Shown: in pieces, positions 39,469-51,789 of the stretch | Layout of the letters: each line of letters opens with the position of its first letter | How positions within the stretch are numbered: the stretch's first letter is position 1 | NCBI RefSeq assembly: GCF_056746865.1 | Contig: NZ_CM163382.1 | Length of the DNA stretch: 64,000 bases | Direction: 5' to 3' (one strand) | Program-made: the position numbers and the translations under genes | The notes under the pieces: generated by a model | The model's database searches: none | The model's input: only the letters and a program-made list of their open reading frames with translations | Told to the model about the DNA's origin: nothing

Positions 39469-42400
39469 ATGTCACGTTATAAAACAGGTCATAAACAACC
39501 ACGATTTCGTTATTCAGTTCTGGCCCGCTGCGTGGCGTGGGCAAATATCTCTGTTCAGGTTCTTTTTCCACTCGCTGTCACCTTTACCCCAGTAATGGCG
39601 GCACGTGCGCAGCATGCGGTTCAGCCACGGTTGAGCATGGAAAATACCACGGTAATTGCAGATAATAATGTGGAGAAAAATTTCGCGTCGTTTGCCGCAA
39701 ATGCCGGGACATTTTTAAGCAGTCAGCCAGATAGCGATGCGACACGTAACTTTATTACCGGAATGGCCACCGCTAAAGCTAACCAGGAAATACAGGAGTG
39801 GCTCGGGAAATATGGTACAGCGCGCGTCAAACTGAATGTCGATAAAGATTTCTCGCTGAAGGATTCTTCGCTGGAAATGCTTTATCCGATTTATGATACG
39901 CCGACAAATATGTTGTTCACTCAGGGGGCAATACATCGTACAGACGATCGTACTCAGTCAAATATTGGTTTTGGCTGGCGTCATTTTTCAGGAAATGACT
40001 GGATGGCGGGGGTGAACACCTTTATCGACCATGATTTATCCCGTAGTCATACCCGCATTGGTGTTGGTGCGGAATACTGGCGTGATTATTTGAAATTGAG
40101 CGCCAATGGTTATATCCGGGCTTCTGGCTGGAAAAAATCGCCGGATGTTGAGGATTATCAGGAACGCCCGGCGAATGGCTGGGATATTCGTGCTGAGGGC
40201 TATTTACCCGCCTGGCCGCAGCTTGGCGCAAGCCTGATGTATGAACAGTATTATGGTGATGAAGTCGGGCTGTTTGGTAAAGATAAACGCCAGAAAGACC
40301 CGCATGCTATTTCTGCCGAGGTAACCTATACACCAGTGCCTCTTCTGACACTGAGCGCCGGGCATAAGCAGGGCAAGAGTGGTGAGAATGACACTCGCTT
40401 TGGCCTGGAAGTTAACTACCGAATTGGCGAACCTCTGGAAAAACAACTCGATACAGACAGCATTCGCGAGCGTCGAATGCTGGCAGGCAGCCGCTATGAC
40501 CTGGTTGAGCGTAATAACAACATCGTTCTTGAGTACCGCAAATCTGAAGTAATCCGTATTGCTCTGCCTGAGCGGATTGAAGGTAAGGGCGGTCAGACAC
40601 TTTCCCTGGGACTTGTGGTCAGCAAAGCAACTCACGGACTGAAAAATGTGCAGTGGGAAGCGCCGTCATTACTGGCTGAAGGTGGCAAAATTACCGGTCA
40701 GGGTAGTCAGTGGCAAGTAACGCTCCCGGCTTATCGTCCAGGCAAAGACAATTATTATGCGGTTTCAGCGATTGCCTACGATAACAAAGGCAATGCCTCG
40801 AAACGTGTGCAGACAGAAGTGGTTATTAGCGGAGCTGGTATGAGCGCCGATCGTACGGCGTTAACGCTTGACGGTCAGAGCCGTATTCAAATGCTTGCTA
40901 ACGGTAATGAGCAAAAACCGCTGGTGCTGTCTCTGCGCGACGCCGAGGGCCAGCCAGTCACGGGCATGAAAGATCAGATTAAGACTGAACTAACCTTCAA
41001 ACCGGCTGGAAATATTGTGACTCGTACCCTGAAGGCCACTAAATCACAGGCAAAGCCAACACTGGGTGAGTTCACCGAAACTGAAGCAGGGGTGTATCAG
41101 TCTGTCTTTACTACCGGAACGCAGTCAGGTGAGGCAACGATTACTGTTAGCGTTGATGACATGAGCAAAACTGTCACTGCAGAACTGCGGGCCACGATGA
41201 TGGATGTGGCAAACTCCACCCTGAGCGCTAACGAGCCGTCAGGTGACGTGGTTGCTGATGGTCAGCAAGCCTACACGCTGACACTGACAGCGGTGGACTC
41301 CGAGGGTAATCCGGTGACGGGAGAAGCCAGCCGCCTGCGACTTGTTCCGCAAGACACTAATGGTGTAACCGTTGGTGCCATTTCGGAAATAAAACCAGGG
41401 GTTTACAGCGCCACGGTTTCTTCGACCCGTGCCGGAAACGTTGTTGTGCGCGCCTTCAGCGAGCAGTATCAGCTGGGCACATTACAACAAACGCTGAAGT
41501 TTGTTGCCGGGCCGCTTGATGCAGCACATTCGTCCATCACCCTGAATCCTGATAAACCGGTGGTCGGCGGTACGCTTACGGCAATCTGGTCGACAAAAGA
41601 TGCCTATGACAACCCTGTGACCAGCCTCACGCCGGAAGCGCCGTCATTAGCGGGTGCCGCTGCTGTAGGTTCTACGGCATCGGGCTGGACAAATAATGGT
41701 GATGGGACGTGGACTGCGCAGATTACTCTCGGCTCTACGGCGGGTGAATTAGAAGTTATGCCGAAGCTAAATGGACAGGATGCGGCAGCAAATGCGGCAA
41801 AAGTAACCGTGGTGGCTGATGCGTTATCTTCAAACCAGTCGAAAGTCTCCGTCGCAGAAGATCACGTAAAAGCCGGCGAAAGCACAACCGTGACGCTTAT
41901 TGCAAAAGATGCACATGGCAACGCTATCAGTGGTCTTTCGTTGTCGGCAAGTTTGACGGGGACCGCCTCTGAAGGGGCGACCGTTTCCAGTTGGACCGAA
42001 AAAGGTGACGGTTCCTATGTTGCTACGTTGACTACAGGCGGAAAGACGGGCGAGCTTCGCGTCATGCCTCTCTTCAACGGCCAGCCAGCAGCCACCGAAG
42101 CCGCGCAGTTGACGGTCATCGCTGGAGAGATGTCATCAGCTAACTCTACGCTTGTTGCGGACAATAAGACTCCAACGGTTAAAACGACGACGGAACTCAC
42201 CTTCACCGTGAAGGATGCGTACGGGAACCCGGTCACCGGGCTGAAGCCAGATGCACCAGTGTTTAGCGGTGCCGCCAGCACGGGGAGTGAGCGTCCTTCA
42301 GCAGGAAGCTGGACAGAGAAAAGTAATGGGGTCTACGTGTCGACCTTAACGCTGGGATCTGCCGCGGGTCAGTTGTCTGTGATGCCGCGAGTGAACGGCC

Positions 42401-43722
42401 AAAATGCCGTTGCTCAGCCACTGGTGCTGAATGTTGCAGGTGACGCATCTAAGGCTGAGATTCGTGATATGACAGTGAAGGTTAATAACCAACTGGCTAA
42501 TGGACAGTCTGCTAACCAGATAACCCTGACCGTTGTGGACAGCTATGGTAACCCGTTGCAGGGGCAAAATGTGACGCTGACCCTGCCGAAAGGTGTGACC
42601 AGCAAGACGGGGAATACAGTAACAACCAATGCGGCAGGTAAAGCGGATATTGAGTTGATATCAACCGTTGCAGGGGAACTTGAAATCGCGGCCGCGGTGA
42701 AAAACTCTCAGAAGACGGTCACGGTGAAATTCAACGCGGATGCCAGCACCGGTCAGGCAAACCTGCAGGTTGACACCGCCGTTCAAAAAGTGGCAAACGG
42801 CAAAGATGCCTTTACGCTGACGGCGACCGTTGAGGATAAAAACGGTAACCCTGTTCCAGGCACTCTGGTGACCTTTAATCTGCCCCGAGGTGTCAAGCCG
42901 CTTACTGGCGATAATGTCTGGGTGAAAGCCAACGATGAGGGGAAAGCAGAGTTGCAGGTGGTTTCCGTGACTGCCGGAACCTATGAGATCACGGCGTCGG
43001 CAGGAAATGACCAGCCTTCGGATGCGCAGACTATAACGTTTGTGGCCGATAAGGCGACCGCAACCGTCTCCGGTATTGAGGTGATTGGCAACTATGCACT
43101 GGCGGATGGCAAAGCCAAACAGACGTATAAAGTTACGGTGACTGATGCCAATAACAACCTGTTGAAAGATAGCGAGGTGACGCTGACTGCCAGCCCGGCA
43201 AATTTAGCTCTGGATCCCGATGGGACGGCGAAAACTAATGAGCAAGGGCAGGCTATTTTCACCGCCACGACCACTGTCGCAGCGAAATATACACTCACGG
43301 CGCAAGTGAGTCAGACCAACGGTCAGGTATCAACGAAAACTGCCGAATCTAAATTCGTCGCGGATGATAAAAACGCGGAGCTCACCGCATCATCTGATGT
43401 GCAATCGCTGGTGGCGGATGGGAAATCGACTGCGAAGCTGGAGGTTACCCTGTTCTCGGCAAATAACCCTGTTGGGGGGAATGTGTGGGTCGACATTGAG
43501 GCTCCGGAAGGAGTGACGGAGAAGGATTATCAATTCCTGCCGTCGAAAAATGACCATTTCGTGAGCGGAAAAATCACGCGTACATTTAGTACCAGCAAGC
43601 CTGGTGTCTATACGTTCACATTTAACGCCCTGACCTATGGCGGGTACGAAATGAAGCCAGTGACGGTGACCATAACCGCGGTGGATGCCGATACGGCAAA
43701 GGGCGAGGAGGCGATGAAGTAA
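39469..43722 (+). CDS. eaeH: intimin/invasin-family outer membrane adhesin with bacterial Ig-like repeats (EaeH-like), full length
   Basis: 1417 aa; N-terminal signal and beta-barrel region followed by many roughly 95 aa repeats (...TLTA.D..GNPV.G...). Confidence 0.82.
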   Translation: MSRYKTGHKQPRFRYSVLARCVAWANISVQVLFPLAVTFTPVMAARAQHAVQPRLSMENTTVIADNNVEKNFASFAANAGTFLSSQPDSDATRNFITGMATAKANQEIQEWLGKYGTARVKLNVDKDFSLKDSSLEMLYPIYDTPTNMLFTQGAIHRTDDRTQSNIGFGWRHFSGNDWMAGVNTFIDHDLSRSHTRIGVGAEYWRDYLKLSANGYIRASGWKKSPDVEDYQERPANGWDIRAEGYLPAWPQLGASLMYEQYYGDEVGLFGKDKRQKDPHAISAEVTYTPVPLLTLSAGHKQGKSGENDTRFGLEVNYRIGEPLEKQLDTDSIRERRMLAGSRYDLVERNNNIVLEYRKSEVIRIALPERIEGKGGQTLSLGLVVSKATHGLKNVQWEAPSLLAEGGKITGQGSQWQVTLPAYRPGKDNYYAVSAIAYDNKGNASKRVQTEVVISGAGMSADRTALTLDGQSRIQMLANGNEQKPLVLSLRDAEGQPVTGMKDQIKTELTFKPAGNIVTRTLKATKSQAKPTLGEFTETEAGVYQSVFTTGTQSGEATITVSVDDMSKTVTAELRATMMDVANSTLSANEPSGDVVADGQQAYTLTLTAVDSEGNPVTGEASRLRLVPQDTNGVTVGAISEIKPGVYSATVSSTRAGNVVVRAFSEQYQLGTLQQTLKFVAGPLDAAHSSITLNPDKPVVGGTLTAIWSTKDAYDNPVTSLTPEAPSLAGAAAVGSTASGWTNNGDGTWTAQITLGSTAGELEVMPKLNGQDAAANAAKVTVVADALSSNQSKVSVAEDHVKAGESTTVTLIAKDAHGNAISGLSLSASLTGTASEGATVSSWTEKGDGSYVATLTTGGKTGELRVMPLFNGQPAATEAAQLTVIAGEMSSANSTLVADNKTPTVKTTTELTFTVKDAYGNPVTGLKPDAPVFSGAASTGSERPSAGSWTEKSNGVYVSTLTLGSAAGQLSVMPRVNGQNAVAQPLVLNVAGDASKAEIRDMTVKVNNQLANGQSANQITLTVVDSYGNPLQGQNVTLTLPKGVTSKTGNTVTTNAAGKADIELISTVAGELEIAAAVKNSQKTVTVKFNADASTGQANLQVDTAVQKVANGKDAFTLTATVEDKNGNPVPGTLVTFNLPRGVKPLTGDNVWVKANDEGKAELQVVSVTAGTYEITASAGNDQPSDAQTITFVADKATATVSGIEVIGNYALADGKAKQTYKVTVTDANNNLLKDSEVTLTASPANLALDPDGTAKTNEQGQAIFTATTTVAAKYTLTAQVSQTNGQVSTKTAESKFVADDKNAELTASSDVQSLVADGKSTAKLEVTLFSANNPVGGNVWVDIEAPEGVTEKDYQFLPSKNDHFVSGKITRTFSTSKPGVYTFTFNALTYGGYEMKPVTVTITAVDADTAKGEEAMK

Positions 43723-43842
43723 TATTAAGAATATGAAAGTAACATTCTAATAAACAATAATGGCGTTGACATCTTCAACGCCATTATTTATTGAATTGCC
43801 TGACAGTAGTCTCGTTATAAATTCATGTAAACATCGCTACAG

Positions 43843-44733
43843 CTAAACCGGGCGAACGGGGATAAAAATTTCGCAAACAATGTTATTGCTATCAATTTCG
43901 ACGAAGTTTTCATTGTAATAAAATCGCTCAATATCACTGCCGTTCACTCTGGCTAACCCCCTGGCAGGTAATTCCATCAGATAGAGGTTTCGCGCCCATT
44001 CAGGGTAGTGCTCCCACTCACCTTCATAGCGGAAAGAGGCATACAGTCCTCGGTTAATTGTCCACTCTTTCGACATCTCTGAATCGGTTTGTTTGCATAC
44101 CGTACCGGCAAAAGTTTCAACTGTGAGCAAATCGACCGATTTTGTTGACGGTTCGAATGTGGAGACGAAATAGATATCCGTCTTAAAATTCTTCATACAT
44201 CTGGCTAAATGATGACGTCGCAGTTTGACTTCTTCATCCGGTGATTTATTCGATACTTCAATATCATATTTAAATGAATTGCCAAAAATAGGTGTCTCAG
44301 GAAAGTTGACTAATCTACACTCCGTCTTTTGCTGTTGACGTATTAAAAAAGAAGGGAAGATATTTGCGAGATCCCAATAATCACGGTGGCGGTATTCACG
44401 GGGAGAGCAGCCGAATAACTTTTTAAATTCGCGGCTGAATGACTGCTGTGAGTCAAAATGTAAAGAGAGTGCAATATCAAGCATAGATTTCGCGGTGAGT
44501 CGGACAAGAATGGCGGCACGACAAAGCCTTCGTTTGCGAATGTATTCTCCCAAAGGCACATGCATGAAATTTCGGAACAGAAGCTGGATGTTGCGTCTGC
44601 TGTAGCCAGATTTCTGTGCGATATCTTCGATTGAAATAGGGTGCTCAAGATTGCACTCAATCCACTCCAGGAGCTGCTGTAGAATCTTCTGCCTGATCAT
44701 CACATTCTCCGTTAATTCTTTGTCATATCGCAC
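43843..44733 (-). CDS. ykgA: AraC-family regulator with GyrI-like effector domain (YkgA-like)
   Basis: 296 aa; N-terminal AraC HTH (IEDIAQKSGYSRRNIQLLFRNFMHVPLGEYIRKRRL); C-terminal GyrI-like region. Confidence 0.75.
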   Translation of the reverse strand: MRYDKELTENVMIRQKILQQLLEWIECNLEHPISIEDIAQKSGYSRRNIQLLFRNFMHVPLGEYIRKRRLCRAAILVRLTAKSMLDIALSLHFDSQQSFSREFKKLFGCSPREYRHRDYWDLANIFPSFLIRQQQKTECRLVNFPETPIFGNSFKYDIEVSNKSPDEEVKLRRHHLARCMKNFKTDIYFVSTFEPSTKSVDLLTVETFAGTVCKQTDSEMSKEWTINRGLYASFRYEGEWEHYPEWARNLYLMELPARGLARVNGSDIERFYYNENFVEIDSNNIVCEIFIPVRPV

Positions 44734-45521
44734 ATTTTCGTTATGTCCTGGGCCTTAAGTGTATCAAAAACAGCAAGTCCCAAGGCAAAAGCACTGATAG
44801 CGTCTGCTTCATTGCCCCAAAAATAGAGAGGTTTCAGTCCTACATTATTAATGAATTTTTTGCATAAGTGATATCAAAATCCACATACTAATTTGAGGTT
44901 ACGTTTTAACGTAGACTCATTGTTCATACCTAATGGAGGGACTGACAGTGGAATTTTCCGTATTAAGTAACAATCTGAAAATGCCGATGATGGGATTTGG
45001 TGTTTTTCAGGTTACCGATAAAGACGTGTGCAAACAGTCAGTGTTGAATGCTATCCGCACGGGTTATCGACTCATCGACACTGCAGCGGTATACGGTAAT
45101 GAAGATGCCGTCGGTGAAGCCGTTCGTGAAGCTATATCTGAAGGTTTATGTACCCGAGATGAGTTATTTATAACGTCTAAATTGTGGGTGCAGGATATGT
45201 TGAATCAGGATACGGCAAAAGCAGGTATTGAAGCATCATTAAAAAAATCGGGACTAGAATACTTCGACCTCTATTTATTGCACCAGGCTATGCGCGATTA
45301 TTTCAGTGCGTGGCGTGCACTCGAAGATGCCTATGAAGAGGGCAAATTAAAAGCAATTGGGGTTTCCAATTTCTATCCTCATGTTCTGGCGAACTTTTGT
45401 GAAACGGTAAGAGTTAAACCGATGGTCAACCAGGTCGAGTTGCATCCCTATTTTGCCCAACCAGAGGCGCTGGCAACCATGAAGTATTATAACGTGCAGC
45501 CTGAAGCATGGGCTCCGTTAG

Positions 45522-46716
<1,195 letters not shown>

Positions 46717-47175
46717 TTAGGTGGTGGACGACATAAACCCTTTGAAAATAATCTGCTTCAGAGTATTGCAGATGCCCATCAAAAATCGATTTCTCAAGTC
46801 ATTCTGCGTTGGAATATTCAACGGGGAGTGGTCGTTATTCCGAAATCGACACATCAACAGCGTATCGAAGAAAATTTTGCTATCTGGGATTTCTCACTGA
46901 CAGAGAAAGAAATGGCACAAATTAGTTCGCTTGATTTGGGTTATGTTGGGGAGTCGGTAAAACATTTTAATCCTGAATTTGTTCGTGGTTGTCTTGCTGT
47001 AAAAATACATGATTGATATTAATCATGTATTTTACCTGAGACGACAAGAATCTTTTAACAGGGGAGTGATATTGATCTTCACTCTGTCATATCTCCGGTA
47101 ATATGGCGTCAGGCTTCATCATCAGAAAGGGGGCCTGACGCCTGAAAAAGTGAACAACAGACAGTGTTCGGATTA

Positions 47176-47769
47176 TCAATATTCAGTTTTTAACGTTGAA
47201 CTGGATTCATTACTGCGTTGTTTAAGAATTTCCCGCGCCGAATCTGCCATTATCATGACAGCACCTGCCAGCATCAGAGTATCTTTCAATACCAGGCGAC
47301 CAGCACCGGATAAATAAGGGAAACCATGATGAGCGTCACCCAATGCGGGTACCCATGCCTCCGGGGTGGTGATTAAAAATGAGAGTGTTACCAACGGTGT
47401 GGTAAATGCCATCAGCCCTCCCAATAAACCTAACCAGCGATTGACAGGATTAGCCAAAACCAGCAGAGCAATAATCACCTCCACGACGCCAAGACCGTTG
47501 GAAAAACCATAGGTATTATTGGCCGATTGCCATGCCCTTGCTTCTGGTTTGTATTCGCCTTCGTGAGTCAGATACTGTTTATAGTCTTCCGGGTGTTCAT
47601 AAAAGAACGACATTAGTGGACTGTTTGCGACGAATGGTGTAATGCTGTCTGCCTCGTAAGGGACAAACTTTAATAACCCAATCCACATAAAAACAATCGC
47701 AATACTCAGACGAATCAATGTCAGGCCAATTTTATCTCCCCGACTTAACAGGTGAAGGTATTTTTCCAT
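47176..47769 (-). CDS. rclC: reactive chlorine resistance inner membrane protein RclC
   Basis: 197 aa hydrophobic protein; first of three collinear genes divergent from rclR. Confidence 0.82.
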   Translation of the reverse strand: MEKYLHLLSRGDKIGLTLIRLSIAIVFMWIGLLKFVPYEADSITPFVANSPLMSFFYEHPEDYKQYLTHEGEYKPEARAWQSANNTYGFSNGLGVVEVIIALLVLANPVNRWLGLLGGLMAFTTPLVTLSFLITTPEAWVPALGDAHHGFPYLSGAGRLVLKDTLMLAGAVMIMADSAREILKQRSNESSSTLKTEY

Positions 47770-47780
47770 TGTGAACATCC

Positions 47781-48017
47781 TTATTTATACAATACTGCTG
47801 TTGCGGTTGAATTATTATCAATTCGCATCGATGTGACTTTCCAGGATGAAGCATTATATTTTCTGGCCATATCAGCAATGGCATCCTCCAGAACTGTCGG
47901 TGATGCTGATACTGACGAGACGCTGATATGTTTCAGAATTATTTTATCATCTGCATTGGTGGAAAATGCCATAACGCCAGATAATAGTGTTGCAAATAAA
48001 ACAGATTTTTTAAACAT
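47781..48017 (-). CDS. rclB: reactive chlorine resistance periplasmic protein RclB (DUF1471)
   Basis: 78 aa with signal peptide (MFKKSVLFATLLSGVMAFSTNA). Confidence 0.8.
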   Translation of the reverse strand: MFKKSVLFATLLSGVMAFSTNADDKIILKHISVSSVSASPTVLEDAIADMARKYNASSWKVTSMRIDNNSTATAVLYK

Positions 48018-48125
48018 ATAAAATACCATCAATGAAGTGATTAAGAAGTTATAGAGTAACAGAGAATTAATAAGATTCTTTTCTCTGAGACGCCAGAATA
48101 TTTGTTCTGGCGTCTGATTTTGAGT

Positions 48126-49451
48126 TTATTTGACTAATGAAAATAGATCATTGAGTGATTCGCTCATCGACGGATGAGTAAATATCTGATCGCGTAATAT
48201 GCTATAAGGCAGCCCGGCATCCATCACCATTTTCACTATATTAATCATCTCGTGGGAGTCAACACACAGCAGTGATGCCCCTAATATACGTTGGGTTTTA
48301 TTATCAACAATCGCTTTTAATACCCCACGGGTATCGTTCATCACTCTGGCGCGCGGAATTGCAGCTACAGGCAATGTCACCACCTGAATATCAGCACCAC
48401 TCTCTCTGGCTTGTTCTTCTGTCATACCAACCCTGGACAGGGGCGGTGTCATAAATACGGAATAAGGCACATTTTTCCGATCATCAGTACTACGTTTGCC
48501 TTCACCCAGTAACTCATCACGTACAATGCGGTAATCATCCAGTGAAATATAAGTAAATTGCAGCCCGCCGGTAACATCTCCCATCGCCCAAATATTGTCT
48601 GCGGTGGTATGTAATCGCTTGTCAACGACAATTGCCCCGCGCTCGTTTACTGCGATACCGGCATTTTCTGGATGTAACGAAGCGGTAGCCGGTTGACGAC
48701 CGGAAGCTATTAACAGTGCATCCACCGCCAGTTGGGCGTGCTCGCTATGCACTTGCACTTGATTTTCATGGTGACTGATTCGCTCCACATGGGCATTGAG
48801 GATAATATCGACGCCCTGATCGCGTAAAATCGTCGCGATATTATCAGCAATATCCCGATCTTCCCGAGGCAAAAACAGCGAAGCTGCTTCTAAAATGGTT
48901 ACCTTGCTGCCAAAATTAGCGAACATAGAGGCGAACTCAACGCCAATATATCCGCCGCCTAAAATACCTAAATGCCCAGGCAATTCTTTTAGATTAAGTA
49001 ATCCGGTGCTGTCATATACTCCTGGCGTGGTGGTAATTCCAGGAATTGGCGGAACCACGGTTTGTGCACCGGTATTAATAAAAATTTTCTCGCCATGAAT
49101 TTCCAGATTTCCCTCAGGCCGATGAACACGCAGGCTATGATTATTGATAAACTCCGCCTGGCCGTCGATCACGTCGATATTGGGCATATCCGCAAGATTA
49201 TGAAAATTCTTATTACGTAAAAAATTAACCACTTCATTTTTACGCTGTATGGCACGGACAAAATCTGTGTGCTGCTGTGCGTCATGAACCAATGTTTTGG
49301 TTGGGATACAGCCGATATTAATACAGGTCCCGCCATACATTGCATTTGATTGTTCGATGAGAGCCACACGCCAACCTGCTTTTGCCAGCGTGACGGCTAA
49401 TGTTTTTCCAGCCTTGCCAAAACCAATAATAACTGCCTGATATTTATTCAT
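48126..49451 (-). CDS. rclA: pyridine nucleotide-disulfide oxidoreductase RclA
   Basis: 441 aa; FAD-binding GFGKAG; redox-active CINIGC motif. Confidence 0.88.
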   Translation of the reverse strand: MNKYQAVIIGFGKAGKTLAVTLAKAGWRVALIEQSNAMYGGTCINIGCIPTKTLVHDAQQHTDFVRAIQRKNEVVNFLRNKNFHNLADMPNIDVIDGQAEFINNHSLRVHRPEGNLEIHGEKIFINTGAQTVVPPIPGITTTPGVYDSTGLLNLKELPGHLGILGGGYIGVEFASMFANFGSKVTILEAASLFLPREDRDIADNIATILRDQGVDIILNAHVERISHHENQVQVHSEHAQLAVDALLIASGRQPATASLHPENAGIAVNERGAIVVDKRLHTTADNIWAMGDVTGGLQFTYISLDDYRIVRDELLGEGKRSTDDRKNVPYSVFMTPPLSRVGMTEEQARESGADIQVVTLPVAAIPRARVMNDTRGVLKAIVDNKTQRILGASLLCVDSHEMINIVKMVMDAGLPYSILRDQIFTHPSMSESLNDLFSLVK

Positions 49452-49677
49452 GATGATTTCCTGTCGAAACGCGTTCATTTGACATCATGACTATAGACGC
49501 AAAAGAGCAAATAACATTTCTTCACAACGCTTGATATTTTGTCTTATCGTCTGGTATTTTCTTTTTCTTAATCAGAATCACAAAACAAAAATCATGATTA
49601 ACTATTTGATGGTATTAGATTAATTATTGACTAAGATAGTTGGTGTTTGTAATCAAAAAACTACTCAGGAGTCTGAT

Positions 49678-50532
49678 ATGGATGCTCTTAGCCGTTTGTT
49701 GATGCTTAACGCTCCACAAGGAACGATCGATAAGAATTGCGTGTTAGGAAGTGACTGGCAACTTCCACATGGTGCCGGGGAATTGTCGGTTATTCGTTGG
49801 CATGCGTTAACGCAAGGAGCGGCGAAGCTGGAAATGCCGACGGGAGAGATTTTTACATTACGCCCGGGAAATGTGGTCCTGCTACCACAAAATTCAGCTC
49901 ATCGCCTGAGCCATGTCGATAATGAATCGACCTGTATTGTCTGTGGCACTCTTCGGCTGCAACATTCGGCGCGTTATTTTTTAACGTCTTTGCCGGAAAC
50001 GCTGTTTGTAGCACCAGTGAACCATAGCGTGGAATATAACTGGCTGAGGGAGGCGATCCCGTTTTTACAACAGGAATCCAGATCGGCAATGCCGGGAGTG
50101 GATGCTCTGTGTAGCCAGATCTGCGCTACATTCTTTACCCTCGCGGTGCGTGAGTGGATTGCACAGGTTAATACAGAGAAAAACATTCTCAGTTTGCTTC
50201 TGCATCCACGTCTTGGTGCGGTAATACAGCAAATGCTGGAAATGCCAGGACACGCCTGGACCGTCGAATCGCTGGCCAGCATCGCCCACATGTCCCGGGC
50301 AAGTTTTGCCCAGCTTTTCCGTGATGTTTCCGGAACCACGCCGCTAGCTGTATTAACAAAGTTGCGTCTACAAATAGCGGCCCAGATGTTTTCCCGGGAA
50401 ATGCTCCCTGTTGTGGTGATCGCTGAGTCAGTAGGCTATGCCAGTGAATCATCTTTTCACAAGGCGTTTGTCCGCGAGTTTGGTTGTACTCCGGGAGAAT
50501 ATCGGGAAAGGGTCAGACAGCTTGCACCCTGA
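49678..50532 (+). CDS. rclR: AraC-family redox-sensing regulator RclR
   Basis: 284 aa from MDALSRLL...; C-terminal AraC HTH; divergent from rclABC. Confidence 0.85.
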   Translation: MDALSRLLMLNAPQGTIDKNCVLGSDWQLPHGAGELSVIRWHALTQGAAKLEMPTGEIFTLRPGNVVLLPQNSAHRLSHVDNESTCIVCGTLRLQHSARYFLTSLPETLFVAPVNHSVEYNWLREAIPFLQQESRSAMPGVDALCSQICATFFTLAVREWIAQVNTEKNILSLLLHPRLGAVIQQMLEMPGHAWTVESLASIAHMSRASFAQLFRDVSGTTPLAVLTKLRLQIAAQMFSREMLPVVVIAESVGYASESSFHKAFVREFGCTPGEYRERVRQLAP

Positions 50533-51059
50533 ATAAAACCGCCAGCAATCGGAGCAAAGATAATCCGCATTCCGGGAGTTGTGAGCCTTTCAACTATTTC
50601 TATTTCCAACGGTGGTTTGGGCTTTATATATTTTTTTCTGATGGACTCTAGCTCAGTTTTTAAATAAAAATGCAAACTAAATTGCTTCAATTAAATAAAG
50701 TGCCGATTATTACTTGATACGTAATTATTGTTGGTGATTTTGTTTGTACACCATCAGTGTATATCTCAATAACCCCTGAATAAGTAGCACTGAATAGGTA
50801 TAAGGGATGTAGCCTTTTTAAATGGATTTCTTATGCTAAAAATGATCGTCGATTTCCCTATAAAATGTGAGCGATGCCGAAAGAAATAAAATTAGTTATT
50901 GCATTTGAAGTTTAGATGAAAGATTATCATTTGTCATACAAATGAGGGGTGGTATGTTACTAGCCAATTAAAAAAGAACGCCATATTTATTGATGATTGA
51001 TCCCCCGGAAGGGGGGAACCATCGGGCATAAATGGGTATGAAGTAATGGAGTATTAGTT

Positions 51060-51779
51060 GTGAATGTCAATTTCTTTGTCACCTGTATTGGTGACGCCCT
51101 GAAATCAAGAATGGCACGAGACTCCGTGCTGCTACTGGAAAAACTCGGCTGTCGCGTAAATTTCCCGGAGAAACAGGGATGCTGCGGTCAGCCTGCGATC
51201 AATAGCGGTTATATCAAAGAAGCGATTCCAGGGATGAAAAATCTGATCGCCGCACTGGAGGATAACGACGATCCCATTATTTCACCGGCTGGCTCTTGCA
51301 CCTATGCCGTAAAAAGTTACCCGACGTATCTGGCGGATGAACCTGAATGGGCATCACGTGCCGAAAAGGTTGCCGCGCGTATGCAGGATCTCACCTCTTT
51401 TATTGTTAATACATTAGGGGTAGTCGATGTAGGTGCCAGTTTGCAAGGGAGAGCGGTGTATCACCCATCTTGTAGCCTGGCCCGTAAGCTGGGGGTGAAG
51501 GACGAACCACTTACGCTGCTGAAAAATGTGCGTGGACTGGAGCTGTTGACCTTTGCTGAACAGGATACCTGCTGCGGATTTGGCGGCACGTTCTCGGTCA
51601 AAATGGCCGAAATATCCGGCGAGATGGTGAAAGAAAAGGTTGCGCACCTGATGGAAGTCCGCCCTGAGTATTTAATTGGTGCTGACGTGAGTTGCCTGCT
51701 GAACATCAGTGGGCGATTACAACGGGAAGGGCAGAAAGTCAAAGTAATGCATATTGCTGAAGTGCTGATGAGCCGCTGA
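51060..51779 (+). CDS. ykgE: cysteine-rich (CCG-domain) Fe-S oxidoreductase YkgE (LutA-like)
   Basis: 239 aa; GTG start with GGAG RBS; Cys-rich motifs. Confidence 0.85.
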   Translation: MNVNFFVTCIGDALKSRMARDSVLLLEKLGCRVNFPEKQGCCGQPAINSGYIKEAIPGMKNLIAALEDNDDPIISPAGSCTYAVKSYPTYLADEPEWASRAEKVAARMQDLTSFIVNTLGVVDVGASLQGRAVYHPSCSLARKLGVKDEPLTLLKNVRGLELLTFAEQDTCCGFGGTFSVKMAEISGEMVKEKVAHLMEVRPEYLIGADVSCLLNISGRLQREGQKVKVMHIAEVLMSR

Positions 51780-51789
51780 GGATATAAAG

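Noticed and set aside
40204-40635. 143 aa antisense ORF within eaeH
   Set aside because: Lies entirely inside the adhesin gene on the opposite strand.
51001-51017. GC hairpin (tccccc-ggaag-ggggga) upstream of ykgE
   Set aside because: Only a 6 bp stem with no flanking U-tract or conserved partner motif; too small to interpret.
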